This document shows positions 1 through 9,983 of a stretch of 64,000 nucleotides of DNA, one piece after another; the first letter of the stretch is position 1, and every line of letters starts with the position of its first letter. The stretch lies in the IMG/VR virus record IMGVR_UViG_3300030376_004017; one strand, given 5' to 3'. The notes under the pieces are model-generated. The model saw only the letters and a list, made by a program, of their open reading frames with translations. It was not told the origin of the DNA and did no database searches. Position numbers and translations under genes: made by a program. Origin of the DNA: an uncultured virus (IMG/VR IMGVR_UViG_3300030376_004017) (Duplodnaviria; Heunggongvirae; Uroviricota; Caudoviricetes).

Positions 1-90
1 TGAACTCAGGTTACTACGCTACCACTGCTGACGACTGTGTTGCTATTGGTCGTAACGCTTTGCTTGGTGCTAGTGGAAACACTACTGGTA
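1..90 (+). repeat. 90-bp exact direct repeat, copy 1 (copy 2 at 46081-46170)
   Basis: tgaactcagg...actactggta identical in both places, diverging afterwards. Confidence 0.95.
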
Positions 91-3000
91 ATCAGAACAT
101 CGCAATAGGTTCTTATTGTTTGGATGCCGCAACTTCAGCAACAGAAAATGTTGCTATAGGTGCTTACGCTGGGTCAGCAATAAATAGCGGAAATTATAAT
201 ACATTAACCGGAAAAAACTGCGGTGAAAGGATTACTACTGGTAGTGGCAATACTGCCGTGGGTCGTGCTGCATTAAACGCAACAGATGACGGCACATACA
301 ACACAGCTATGGGTTATGCAGCTTTAGCTAATGGTAACTGTGGTGATAACAACGTTGCTATTGGTCGTGACGCACTTGTAGCTTACACAGGTAATTATGC
401 GACTGCTGTAGGAACTTACGCACTAGATGCTGCAACCAGCGGAGAATATTTAACTGCGGTAGGTTTACACGCTGGTGGTGCAATTACCAATGGTGACGAA
501 CACGTTGCTGTTGGTTATGGCGCATTAGCTGATTGTTCAACAGGAAATAAAAACACTGTAATTGGTGCGTTTGCGGGGAATAAAACTACTGGTAGTTCTA
601 ACACTTATGTAGGTAACAATACTGGTTATTATGGCACAACCGCAGATGACAATGTAGCAGTTGGCAGAAACGCATTACTAGGTTCAAGTGGAAACACTAC
701 TGGTAACAAAAACGTAGCTATCGGGTCGTATTGTTTAGACGCAAGCACGACAGGAGAATCAAATATTGGATTAGGTTACGCCGCAGGAGGTGCAATAAAT
801 TCAGCAAATTACAACATTGCAATCGGTGACAGTGCATTGTCAACAGAAGACCAAGGATCAGGTAACGTAGCTATTGGATATTTAGCACTACAAGATCAGA
901 ACACTGACACAGGACGCAATACAGCAGTTGGATTTCAAGCAGGATTAAATCTAACGACCGGAACTGATAACGCTTTCTTTGGTTATAATGCTGTTGGTCT
1001 AGGAGTTGCCACAGGAGATAACAATTGTGTTTTCGGCTACAGCGCGGGTTACGATCTAACAAGTGGACATTCTAATGTGTTGATAGGTTACAGAGCGGGT
1101 CAAAATTTTACCGACAATAACTCCAATGTGGTCATCGGCAGTAGCGCAATGGAAACTGCTAATAGCGGGGAAGCAAACAACGTAGCAATAGGCGACGAAG
1201 CTTTGCAAAACTTAGACGCGGGTTCTGGTGATGGAAATGTAGCAATTGGCTATCAAGCTGCAAAATCATTATCAGTTGCAAGTCCAAAAAACGTTTCTAT
1301 TGGGTATCAAGCTGCACAAGGTGCGTTAACTTCAACAGAGTCAACTTATGTTGGTTATGAATCTGGAGGTTCTGGTGCTATAACTGGTAACAGAAATACT
1401 TGTTTAGGTTACGCATCAGGTAAAGTTCTCACGAGTTCACAATACAATGTGTTTGTAGGTGCATTAGCAGGTGACGCAGTTACAACAGGGGGAGAGAATA
1501 CTGCCATAGGTGACAATGCTTTTGGTGCTTGCGACGATGCCACTCAAAATACGGCAGTTGGAAAGAATGCTTTAACAGCTAATTGCGGCGATTCAAACAC
1601 TGCACTTGGTTATTCTGCACTAACTAATTTTACGGGTGGACACACTACAGCGGTTGGATCAGGTGCAGCACAAACTTTATCAACTGCTACTGGATGTACA
1701 GCGATTGGTCGTGAAGCATTGAATGTAAACGCAACTGGTAATAACTGCACAGCGGTGGGTTATAAAGCGTTGGAACTTACAACTGGTGCTAAAAACACAG
1801 CACTAGGTGCTTACGCAATAGGTAATGCCGATTGCAGTGGTGAGAGTAATGTAGCGGTTGGTTTCAATGCTTTAGGTTCTGCCACCGCTTCTGAATCAGA
1901 TAACATAGCTATAGGTGATGCTGCATTATACGGATTATCACACAACGATGGTGACAATAATATTGCATTAGGAACGGATGCGGGTCGCTATTACGAAACA
2001 ACTGCAACTGCTACACCGGGGTCCACTGGGCCAGTAGACGGAGTTAACACTGCGGGTGCTAATTCAATCTTTATTGGTTACGACACACGTTCTGCTGAAT
2101 CAGATCGTTCAAACGAAATTGTTATAGGTCACACCGCAGTATCAAACGGGTCTAACACAATCACTTTAGGTAATGATGACACCGCAGCAATTCATTGTGC
2201 TGATACATCTATAGCCGCACTTTCAGATCGTCGCATTAAGCGTGATATAAAAGACGCTGAGAATGTTGGTCTAGCATTTGTTGAAAAACTAAATGCAATT
2301 GAATACAAGAAGATAAACCCAGCCGATTGGCCGGAAGAAATACGCAGTCATCGCTATCGCGTTGAAGAACATCAAAATCTCGTAACTCCTGCTGTTAAAG
2401 CAAAACCGGAAGTATGGGAAGAAGCAGTCGAAGAAGTTACTAAAGTTATTGAACACGCTGCAACTGAAGCTGTTGTTGAAACTATTGTTCACCCAGCGGT
2501 TGAAGAGGTAATTGAAACTATAGTTATTCCAGCAGTTGAAGAGGTCACTGAGACAATTACATATCCTGCGATTGAAGCGGTTTATGAGGACGTTGTTATT
2601 CCAGCGGTAGAAGAAATTATCGGTCAGCGTCAGAAGTATGATGAAGTTGATGTCACTGAAGATGTTACTCGCACAGAGATCGTTGAAGAAGATGGCAAGT
2701 GGGTTCGCAAAGAGATTACTGAAACTGTAACTCGCACAGAACGCACACCAGTTTACGAAGAGTGCGACGTGTATCACGAAGACGGAACACTCTGCACCGT
2801 ATGTGTGACTCCAGCTAAAGAAGCTCTTACAGAAGAACAACAAGTTCTCGATGAAAACGGTGACGGTGTAGTTGGTGAAGATGGTAATCCAGTAATGGAG
2901 ACTGTCGTAATTGAAGAAGCAGTTGCCGAAGTTCGTGCGCCAGAAATTCACAAAGTTCCAGTAATGGAAGACTATGTTGTTCAAGCAGCAGAACCAGAAA

Positions 3001-3467
3001 GAACTGAACAAAGACTTGTTACTCCAGCCGAAGCTGAACAAACCGAAACACGGGTTGTAACTCCGGCTGAAGCTGAGAGAACGGAAACAAGAATTGTTCA
3101 ACACGCTGAAGAAGAACGCACTGAGACAGTTGTTATTAAGAAAGCTAAAGAAGCTTGGACTGAAACTGTTGTAGTAACACCTGCGAGTGAACGCAGATTA
3201 GTTTCACCAGCAGTCGAAGCACAAGAAGCAGTTTATGAAACTGTGACTGTTCCAGCCGACGAACGACCAGAAGACAATGACACCAATTATGTTGGTCTGA
3301 TCGCACAAGATGTGCAGACAGCTATGGCAGATGCGGGTGTTGACTTTGATCTGGTGACTGAAGGCGCGAACGGGAAGTTGGCAGTTAAGTATTCTAACCT
3401 TGTCATTCCACTACTAAAAGCAGTACAAGAGCTAAGTGCAGAAGTTAAAGCACTGAAGAATGGATAA
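1..3467 (+). CDS. Tail fibre, C-terminal part (5'-truncated): ~14-aa NxAxG repeats plus C-terminal peptidase S74 intramolecular chaperone with an acidic insert
   Basis: Frame is open from the window start; TTGxxNxAIGxxAL repeats; SDRRIKRDI S74 start, GLIAQDV and YSNLVIPLLKAVQEL motifs. Confidence 0.9.
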   Translation, partial: NSGYYATTADDCVAIGRNALLGASGNTTGNQNIAIGSYCLDAATSATENVAIGAYAGSAINSGNYNTLTGKNCGERITTGSGNTAVGRAALNATDDGTYNTAMGYAALANGNCGDNNVAIGRDALVAYTGNYATAVGTYALDAATSGEYLTAVGLHAGGAITNGDEHVAVGYGALADCSTGNKNTVIGAFAGNKTTGSSNTYVGNNTGYYGTTADDNVAVGRNALLGSSGNTTGNKNVAIGSYCLDASTTGESNIGLGYAAGGAINSANYNIAIGDSALSTEDQGSGNVAIGYLALQDQNTDTGRNTAVGFQAGLNLTTGTDNAFFGYNAVGLGVATGDNNCVFGYSAGYDLTSGHSNVLIGYRAGQNFTDNNSNVVIGSSAMETANSGEANNVAIGDEALQNLDAGSGDGNVAIGYQAAKSLSVASPKNVSIGYQAAQGALTSTESTYVGYESGGSGAITGNRNTCLGYASGKVLTSSQYNVFVGALAGDAVTTGGENTAIGDNAFGACDDATQNTAVGKNALTANCGDSNTALGYSALTNFTGGHTTAVGSGAAQTLSTATGCTAIGREALNVNATGNNCTAVGYKALELTTGAKNTALGAYAIGNADCSGESNVAVGFNALGSATASESDNIAIGDAALYGLSHNDGDNNIALGTDAGRYYETTATATPGSTGPVDGVNTAGANSIFIGYDTRSAESDRSNEIVIGHTAVSNGSNTITLGNDDTAAIHCADTSIAALSDRRIKRDIKDAENVGLAFVEKLNAIEYKKINPADWPEEIRSHRYRVEEHQNLVTPAVKAKPEVWEEAVEEVTKVIEHAATEAVVETIVHPAVEEVIETIVIPAVEEVTETITYPAIEAVYEDVVIPAVEEIIGQRQKYDEVDVTEDVTRTEIVEEDGKWVRKEITETVTRTERTPVYEECDVYHEDGTLCTVCVTPAKEALTEEQQVLDENGDGVVGEDGNPVMETVVIEEAVAEVRAPEIHKVPVMEDYVVQAAEPERTEQRLVTPAEAEQTETRVVTPAEAERTETRIVQHAEEERTETVVIKKAKEAWTETVVVTPASERRLVSPAVEAQEAVYETVTVPADERPEDNDTNYVGLIAQDVQTAMADAGVDFDLVTEGANGKLAVKYSNLVIPLLKAVQELSAEVKALKNG

Positions 3468-3840
3468 GGTAACAGACGTATTCAACTCGCTGTACTCAGC
3501 AGTTGTACAAGCACAGAAGGAAGTCGAAGGTAAATACATTGAGAACATTGACAAAAGTTATTTTGAGAATGGAAAGCCCAAGACCATCAAAGTTGAACTG
3601 GGGGGAAAGCAAGTTGAAATTCCTCTCTTTTCACTTGTACCGCACAACGCACTCAAGATTGCAGAGTGCGAGATAAATTTTGAAATAGATTTAAACTTTA
3701 ACAAAGAAGCTAAAGGATGTCTTAGTAAGTTACGTAGAAATAAAATGGCTAATGTTAAAATAAAATTTGCTGGTTGCGATCAAGCTGAAGGGCTTGCGAG
3801 AATCGGTGATGGTTTAGTAAAACAAATACCTACAATATAA
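3460..3840 (+). CDS. DUF2589-family protein (short)
   Basis: AVVQAQ, IPLFSLVPHNALKI and EGLARI motifs typical of DUF2589. Confidence 0.7.
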   Translation: MDKVTDVFNSLYSAVVQAQKEVEGKYIENIDKSYFENGKPKTIKVELGGKQVEIPLFSLVPHNALKIAECEINFEIDLNFNKEAKGCLSKLRRNKMANVKIKFAGCDQAEGLARIGDGLVKQIPTI

Positions 3841-3844
3841 TAAA

Positions 3845-4468
3845 ATGGCAGGAGCAGATGATGCACAATTAAAGGACTTCCAAGGTTTACCAATCTCGGA
3901 ACTAATCGTAGACCCGTTGGTTAGCGCTTCTGCTGGACAGAAGAAACTAGCTGGCGTAACACTCGATTTCGTATCGTCAATCGGCTTCGAGCCAGATCCA
4001 GATGATCCAAAGAAAACTCGTACACGTACCGTTGACGTAGAAGTTGAACGCCTTATTAAAGGACGTACTACACCGCAGAAGCAAATGGTTAAGATGCCAC
4101 TACTTTCTATGGTTACGATACCTAACTTATCTATATCAGATGTTAAGATACATTTTGATATGGAAGTTAAAAGCCATTCGGAACACAAAGATTCACACGA
4201 CGACAAGCAAGAAAATCACTCAGAAACTGAAGGACATGCCGAAGTGAGTGGTCATTTCTGGGGTGTTGGAGTTACTGCTGGCGGCAGTCATTCATCATCT
4301 CACACTGGAACAGTTACATCACACTCTGAAAATACTAGAAGTACAGACTTCTCTGCACGTTATTCAATAGACGTTGAAGCAACGCAGAATCCACCTGCTG
4401 AAGGACTTGCAAGATTTACACAAATGCTGGCATCTACACTAGAGCCAGTTGACACTCAAGCTAAATAA
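3845..4468 (+). CDS. DUF2589-family protein (long)
   Basis: LPISELIVDPL, PLLSMVTIPNL, FDMEV, NTRSTDFSARYSI, PAEGLAR motifs. Confidence 0.75.
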   Translation: MAGADDAQLKDFQGLPISELIVDPLVSASAGQKKLAGVTLDFVSSIGFEPDPDDPKKTRTRTVDVEVERLIKGRTTPQKQMVKMPLLSMVTIPNLSISDVKIHFDMEVKSHSEHKDSHDDKQENHSETEGHAEVSGHFWGVGVTAGGSHSSSHTGTVTSHSENTRSTDFSARYSIDVEATQNPPAEGLARFTQMLASTLEPVDTQAK

Positions 4469-4471
4469 TTT

Positions 4472-4705
4472 ATGGACGAAAATCCACATACACCAAAAGA
4501 GGAAACCGTCACAATTGACGGCAAGGAACACAACGTAGCGGATCTCTCAGCGCAGCAGATTACGCTTATAAACCATGTAGCTGATCTGGACAACAAAGCG
4601 CGTTCGATCAACTTTAACTTAGAACAGACTGTAGGAGCGAGAAATCACTTTATGAGTTTGTTGAATCAATCATTTGAAAACAATGATGAAGAAGATAAAA
4701 AATGA
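4472..4705 (+). CDS. Small tail-fibre-associated protein
   Basis: ORF; VTIDGKEH motif; homologue at 50289. Confidence 0.6.
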   Translation: MDENPHTPKEETVTIDGKEHNVADLSAQQITLINHVADLDNKARSINFNLEQTVGARNHFMSLLNQSFENNDEEDKK

Positions 4706-4863
4706 ATTTAGATGATATTAAAGTTATACTTGCTTCAGTTACGGGTCTTGGGAATTGGATGGTTTCTATAGACTTAGCTCTAAAGGTTGGTATCTCTTTA
4801 GCATCTTTAATTTATATTGTACTTAAAATACGAGAGCTACTAAGGAATGGCAGCAAAAAGTAA
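4702..4863 (+). CDS. Small membrane protein, putative holin/antiholin (53 aa)
   Basis: Own translation MNLDDIKVILASVTGLGNWMVSIDLALKVGISLASLIYIVLKIRELLRNGSKK; ATGA overlap; homologue at 50560. Confidence 0.6.
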   Translation: MNLDDIKVILASVTGLGNWMVSIDLALKVGISLASLIYIVLKIRELLRNGSKK

Positions 4864-5158
4864 AGACTCACGCTTAGTACGTGCTGGTGTTTCGGGTTAT
4901 AACAAACCGAAACGTACGCCATCACACCCTAAGAAGTCGCATGTTGTTGTTGCTAAACAAGGCGATCAAGTGAAAACAATACGGTTTGGTCAGCAGGGTG
5001 TTAAAACAAATCAAACTGTTGGACAACGTAAGGCTTTTAAAAGTCGTCATGCAAAAAATATATCTCGTGGAAAATTGAGCGCTGCTTACTGGGCTGATCG
5101 TGTTAAATGGTCGCCCAGTAAGACAGCTTCTAAATCTACTAAATGGAAAAAAGGATGA
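4847..5158 (+). CDS. Small basic phage protein
   Basis: K/R-rich; IRFGQQG...RKAFKSRH...SAAYW pattern. Confidence 0.7.
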   Translation: MAAKSKDSRLVRAGVSGYNKPKRTPSHPKKSHVVVAKQGDQVKTIRFGQQGVKTNQTVGQRKAFKSRHAKNISRGKLSAAYWADRVKWSPSKTASKSTKWKKG

Positions 5159-5292
5159 GCTTATATAAAAATATAAACAAAAGGAAGAAGGCAGGAACAA
5201 GTCGTTCTAAGAAAAAGTCTACAATTTCTAAGAAAGCCTATGCTAATATGAAAGCAGGGTTTCCTAAAAAGAAAGCACGTAAAGCGTATTAA
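5155..5292 (+). CDS. Small Lys-rich protein (45 aa)
   Basis: Own translation MSLYKNINKRKKAGTSRSKKKSTISKKAYANMKAGFPKKKARKAY; ATGA coupling. Confidence 0.65.
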   Translation: MSLYKNINKRKKAGTSRSKKKSTISKKAYANMKAGFPKKKARKAY

Positions 5293-5297
5293 AAGTT

Positions 5298-5465
5298 ATG
5301 TTAAAAAGTAAAACATTCTGGACGGGGATCACTGGTTTGATAGGCGCAGTAAGCGGCTTTCTGACAGGCGATCTGGAAATCGGTGCAGCACTTAACGTAG
5401 GTGTCACCTCTATACTAGCAATCTTTGTCAGACATGGTGTCAGCAAAGTAGAAAAGAAAGTATAA
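5298..5465 (+). CDS. Putative holin (55 aa, two hydrophobic segments)
   Basis: MLKSKTFWTGITGLIGAVSGFLTG...ILAIFVRHGV; homologue at 51681. Confidence 0.7.
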   Translation: MLKSKTFWTGITGLIGAVSGFLTGDLEIGAALNVGVTSILAIFVRHGVSKVEKKV

Positions 5466-5468
5466 GAC

Positions 5469-6227
5469 ATGGCTTACGGTAGAAGAAAAAAAGGTGGTCA
5501 GCGTTTGATGGAAATGTCAAAGGCTGCTACTAAAAAGCGTATAGCTAAGAAGAACACTAGGGTTGGTGGTAAGAAGTATGTTACACCGCTGCCTAAAGCG
5601 AAGAAGGCTGCACCTAAAGCTACAAAACCAAAATCACAATTCAGCAGAGCGCAGCTTAACAATATGATGAGCGAAGCTCGCGGTATGGGTAATTTAGCTA
5701 AAGGTTTAAGCAAAGATATAGGTGATGCACAAACAGCTACTAAAGCTGCTATAACAGTTGCGTCCCTTCCTATCGGAGGCGGTGCATTAGCAGGAGTTAA
5801 AGCTGCCCGTGCTGCTAAAGGTGCTAAAGGTTTATCACAAGCTGCTAAAGGTGCTGGTAAAGGAAAGCCAGTGCGCTCAACACCTAGCAGACCTAGCGGT
5901 ACACCTAAAAGACCTAGCGGTTCTGGTAGTAAAACTCCTCAGAAACCTACTGGTTCTGGCCCGCGTGGTGGTACAAAATCAGCTACAAGCACAGCTAAAA
6001 AAGCTGCTAGAACTCAGCGTAAAACTGTTAGAACTCAGCGACGTTCTCAAACACAAGCTGAAAGAACAGCAGCACGTAAACAAAGACAAGCCGCTAAAGA
6101 TCGTAAAGAACGTGTAGGTAGCGGTCAGTCTCGTATGCGTAGGCAGAGGCAGAACGCTGGCTTAGCTAGAGGCAGAAATACAATGCGCCGAAATCGTAAT
6201 AAAACAGGTGCAGTAGGTTATAGGTAA
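5469..6227 (+). CDS. Highly basic K/R/A-rich protein (histone H1/protamine-like composition)
   Basis: 252-aa ORF with very few acidic residues. Confidence 0.7.
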   Translation: MAYGRRKKGGQRLMEMSKAATKKRIAKKNTRVGGKKYVTPLPKAKKAAPKATKPKSQFSRAQLNNMMSEARGMGNLAKGLSKDIGDAQTATKAAITVASLPIGGGALAGVKAARAAKGAKGLSQAAKGAGKGKPVRSTPSRPSGTPKRPSGSGSKTPQKPTGSGPRGGTKSATSTAKKAARTQRKTVRTQRRSQTQAERTAARKQRQAAKDRKERVGSGQSRMRRQRQNAGLARGRNTMRRNRNKTGAVGYR

Positions 6228-6404
6228 ATGCTAAAAGCACTCTATGCAATTTTTAGGACATTGCTTTTGTTCCCTGCACTTCAAAAGATACTTGGTAAGT
6301 TATCTGGCGAAGTGCGGGGGATTAGTGCAGCGAAGCGTCGTGATGATAAAGATGACGCTGTTGATGACGCTATTAAGCGGGTGCGTGAGCGTGAAATTAA
6401 ATAA
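6228..6404 (+). CDS. Putative i-spanin (Rz-like)
   Basis: Own translation MLKALYAIFRTLLLFPAL...RRDDKDDAVDDAIKRVREREIK; N-terminal hydrophobic stretch; overlaps a lipoprotein gene. Confidence 0.6.
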   Translation: MLKALYAIFRTLLLFPALQKILGKLSGEVRGISAAKRRDDKDDAVDDAIKRVREREIK

Positions 6405-6522
6405 CAGTGAGCGATTGTTGCAGCATCCTGAGTTTGAGAAAGCTGCGTTAGCTGCACCAGAGTTTACAAGAGAAGCACTCAAGACAATAAACCGTCTTGA
6501 ATATGATTTAGAAAGAAAATGA
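6343..6522 (+). CDS. Putative o-spanin (Rz1-like lipoprotein)
   Basis: MIKMTLLMTLLSGC lipobox; overlaps the i-spanin in another frame; homologue at 51985. Confidence 0.7.
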   Translation: MIKMTLLMTLLSGCVSVKLNNSERLLQHPEFEKAALAAPEFTREALKTINRLEYDLERK

Positions 6523-6607
6523 CACCAGTTGTAAAAACAACGACAACAAAAGAAACTGCGCCTGTTACAAAACGTGACAAGCCTAGTACAGCACCTTTGG
6601 TTAAACG

Positions 6608-7627
6608 ATGAGCGTAGAGTATATATTAGATAGGTTTGGTAAGAAAGTTGGTATGCTTCCGAGCGATACCAGCCAACGTGCGTTGCTGCTTGATTACTTA
6701 AACGAAGCTGCACAAGAACTTTACGAACAGTCTGATATGCCGGGTTCGTTAGAAGAAGCAGAGTTTTATGTGCAAGGTGATAAGACTATTGCCATGCCGT
6801 CAGATGTTTATACGATTCGTGAGATTCGTGAGAAGGGTAGTAACCACGATATGTGGGAAACTGTGCCACTTACAGAACGTTATCGTGAAAACAATTGGTC
6901 AGCAGACCACAATAAATTTCGTGTAAAAGGCTACAGCCCTATACAGCGTACATTGCCAACGAGTATTACCGGAGCAGCTAACGCAACAAACAAACTACGT
7001 ATTAAATATTTTGGTATTACTGCAGCAAGTGAGGTTATTAATCTAGTTTGTAAAACTGATCGTAGTGATAGTTATAATATAGCCCATACTACAACTGCAG
7101 TTGGGACTGCTGCTGGAACACAGTCAGATACTGTGGCTGATCCCGGTGTACCTATAACAGATATTATAGGGTTTACTCGCAGTTCTAAACCTGCAGCTAC
7201 ACAAGGTAAGGTACAGTTGCTAGACTACGTTGACACATCCATAGTTTATGCAGAGATACCATCTAACGCTTTAGAGTCTAAGTATCTTATTGTTGATGTT
7301 AGTGAGTTTCCTTTCTCAACATCTGCTGCACAGGATGATGCACACACTGTGCAGGTTCTTTATAAGAAAGCTTTAACAAGATTACAAAACGATACTGATG
7401 AATTTCCTGCGCCGGGATACGATAACATACTTGTAAGTAAATGTATGGAATTGTTTCTTGAGGAGCAGGGTAAAATGGAAGAAGCGATCTTACATGATCG
7501 TAAAGCATCGCGGTCACTCGCACGTCGTCAAGCTGATCTTGAACGTGGACAAGAACAGTTAGCAGTATTTAAACGCCACAATCATGACAAACTAACATGG
7601 CTCGCTACGCGCAAACATCGTTTATAG
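6608..7627 (+). CDS. Head-tail adaptor / tail tubular protein A-like
   Basis: Position; LLDYLNEAAQEL N-terminal helix typical of adaptors. Confidence 0.55.
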   Translation: MSVEYILDRFGKKVGMLPSDTSQRALLLDYLNEAAQELYEQSDMPGSLEEAEFYVQGDKTIAMPSDVYTIREIREKGSNHDMWETVPLTERYRENNWSADHNKFRVKGYSPIQRTLPTSITGAANATNKLRIKYFGITAASEVINLVCKTDRSDSYNIAHTTTAVGTAAGTQSDTVADPGVPITDIIGFTRSSKPAATQGKVQLLDYVDTSIVYAEIPSNALESKYLIVDVSEFPFSTSAAQDDAHTVQVLYKKALTRLQNDTDEFPAPGYDNILVSKCMELFLEEQGKMEEAILHDRKASRSLARRQADLERGQEQLAVFKRHNHDKLTWLATRKHRL

Positions 7628-9657
7628 GCGGCATGAACATGGCCGTAGATGACGCTCGTCTCGCTGATGACGAGTATCGTCTGGGCATTAATGTGCGCAA
7701 TAGGTTTGGTGATCTGCGTCCCGTACGTCGGCCTGAGAATATAACTGCAGGATTAACTGCAGGTGTTCCCATACAAGCCGTGTATGCGTTAGGTGATTTT
7801 ATTTTAGTTGTTCAAGACGGCAACGCTTACTACAAGCACAGATTCTCTATAGCATGGACAACGTTATGGAATGCCAGTACGAACGCTACTATGCGCTTAG
7901 ATCCTTCTGCGCAACATGTGTTCATACAGTCGGTGCCAGGTTCTACGTTAGACATTGCACGTAAGGCAAGAGAAGCTGCTGATGGTACGGGTACGGGTAC
8001 TACAAATTCTTTAAAGTTAGATTACGATGTAGCACAGTTTGCTAAGACTGTTGCTGGCGTTGTTTTTCAAGACGGTGTTAACCAGCCTAATCTGTTAGTG
8101 TTCTCTTCAACAGAAGAGGGTGCAACAGCAACTGTACGTAAGTGCAGAACATTTGCTGAGTGGGGTACAACGATTGATGGTGTTGTTTGCAGAGAGTATG
8201 TACCTATCGGTAAGCAGATGGTTTACTTTCATGGTAAGCTTTACATGGTAAGTGCTGATGGTAGCAAAATTTATCAGAGTGTTACGGGTAGGCCGATTGA
8301 TTTTATGATACCTGTTGACGAGGCAGGTGCTAAGATTGGATCAGACGAAGCTACTGCAGGTGCAGAAGTTATGGGCTATCCAGTAAGCTACGAAAAGATT
8401 ACATGTATTGCACCGCTAAACACAACAAGCTTGTTCGTAGGTACACGCACAGGTTGTTTTGCTATAACACCGACGTATGATGTTAATTTGTTTGGTGAGC
8501 CTACATACAGAAAGCAATATTTGTTTGGCGCTTCTGTTGTAAATCAATTTTCTTTTGTAGATGTTCTTGGTGATTTTGCTTTTATAGATAGTGAAGGACT
8601 TCGTTCGTTTAACGCAGTTAAGCAGTTACGTAACGAAGGACGTAACAGTGCGTTCTCGCTAAAGATTGCCAAAGTGTTTGAAGACATTGTGCAACTTAAT
8701 GGCGCTGTCATTAGCTTTGACAACTACACGTTCTTCGCAGTTAAAACAATTTATGGTTACGGTGTTCTTGTTTATGATGGTACGTTGCAAAAGTTTGTAT
8801 CAATTGACATGTACCAAGATGACACAGGTACGCCGATAGGAGAGATTATACAATTCTCAAAGATAGATACTGACACTACACACGAAGTTTACGCAGCAAC
8901 GTCTAACGGCAAGCTGCTTAGATTGTTTACCGGCGCACAGTACAATGACAGCTTTGTGCAAACAAAAGGCTTTAACACTGGTACAGTTGAGGTTGAACAA
9001 AAGCCGCTACAATTCCGTACGTTGTTTAACAACATTGAGCGTTGGGAGTTTGATACGATTCGTTTAGACACACCTCATGATGTTAGTCCAGAAGGTGTTA
9101 ACACAGCACACACTGATCCCGGCACATCTATGAAAGGTGTGTTCGCTCTACCAGTTGAAGCAACTCCATTTGATATGGCAGTCGGTACTGTGATACACTT
9201 TACTGGTGGTGGCGCTGCGCCTCATGATGCAGGTGCTACATTTACGTTAACTGATAACGCAGGTGAACCTGCTGGCTCTACATCTCTCACAGGTATTTTT
9301 GAAAGTACGGGTGAGATAAACCAAAGTTACACAAAAGGTTTCGTACGATTTACTGGCGAAGGTACGGTTAAGTCTTCACTTATAAGTAACTCACGTAAAT
9401 CAGAAACACCGGGAACTGTTAGCAAAACTATTGTAGCGCCGTTAGCTACTGCAGTAGGTTTTAACGAGAAGTATCCTATAATGTGGAACAACGAGAACAA
9501 GATACAACAATTTTTATTTAACTTTCAGCAAGGACGTAGTGGATTGAAGTTAGGCTATACTATTGAATGGAACAATAGCGCTTCATTGTCTATGATAGCT
9601 GCTGAGACAATAGATCAGACACCGAAGAATCCTTTAATGACACAAGCTTATGGCTAA
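7597..9657 (+). CDS. Tail nozzle / tubular protein B-like
   Basis: SFIGGMN N-terminus, beta-rich 686 aa, follows the adaptor. Confidence 0.6.
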   Translation: MARYAQTSFIGGMNMAVDDARLADDEYRLGINVRNRFGDLRPVRRPENITAGLTAGVPIQAVYALGDFILVVQDGNAYYKHRFSIAWTTLWNASTNATMRLDPSAQHVFIQSVPGSTLDIARKAREAADGTGTGTTNSLKLDYDVAQFAKTVAGVVFQDGVNQPNLLVFSSTEEGATATVRKCRTFAEWGTTIDGVVCREYVPIGKQMVYFHGKLYMVSADGSKIYQSVTGRPIDFMIPVDEAGAKIGSDEATAGAEVMGYPVSYEKITCIAPLNTTSLFVGTRTGCFAITPTYDVNLFGEPTYRKQYLFGASVVNQFSFVDVLGDFAFIDSEGLRSFNAVKQLRNEGRNSAFSLKIAKVFEDIVQLNGAVISFDNYTFFAVKTIYGYGVLVYDGTLQKFVSIDMYQDDTGTPIGEIIQFSKIDTDTTHEVYAATSNGKLLRLFTGAQYNDSFVQTKGFNTGTVEVEQKPLQFRTLFNNIERWEFDTIRLDTPHDVSPEGVNTAHTDPGTSMKGVFALPVEATPFDMAVGTVIHFTGGGAAPHDAGATFTLTDNAGEPAGSTSLTGIFESTGEINQSYTKGFVRFTGEGTVKSSLISNSRKSETPGTVSKTIVAPLATAVGFNEKYPIMWNNENKIQQFLFNFQQGRSGLKLGYTIEWNNSASLSMIAAETIDQTPKNPLMTQAYG

Positions 9658-9982
9658 ACAAGTAGATAGTACAAAATTTACAGACGATAGCGTTTTGTTT
9701 GCATCACGATCTGCCGCGAATACGTGGCGTGAATCGTTATCAGTTGCAACTAGCACTACGGCTGCAGAGGGTGTGGCAAAACGTTGCACACACGTGGCAG
9801 ATATAACAACAATAGATGGTGTTAGTGTGGACACAGGAGCGTCTGCAGCAGACCAAACTTCTATAGGTGCTAAAGACCTAAGTACGGATGCTGGCACAAG
9901 AGAAGCGTTGATTATATTGGCAGAAAAAATTAATTACTTAACTTATAGACTGGAACAAGCTGGTCTAATGGAGAATAGCTGA
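9650..9982 (+). CDS. Hypothetical virion protein
   Basis: ORF in the tail operon. Confidence 0.6.
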   Translation: MAKQVDSTKFTDDSVLFASRSAANTWRESLSVATSTTAAEGVAKRCTHVADITTIDGVSVDTGASAADQTSIGAKDLSTDAGTREALIILAEKINYLTYRLEQAGLMENS

Positions 9983-9983
9983 T

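Noticed and set aside
2289..3104. 271-aa minus-strand ORF, and other antisense ORFs such as 48021-48416 and 61547-62056
   Set aside because: Shadows of repetitive or biased coding sequence on the opposite strand
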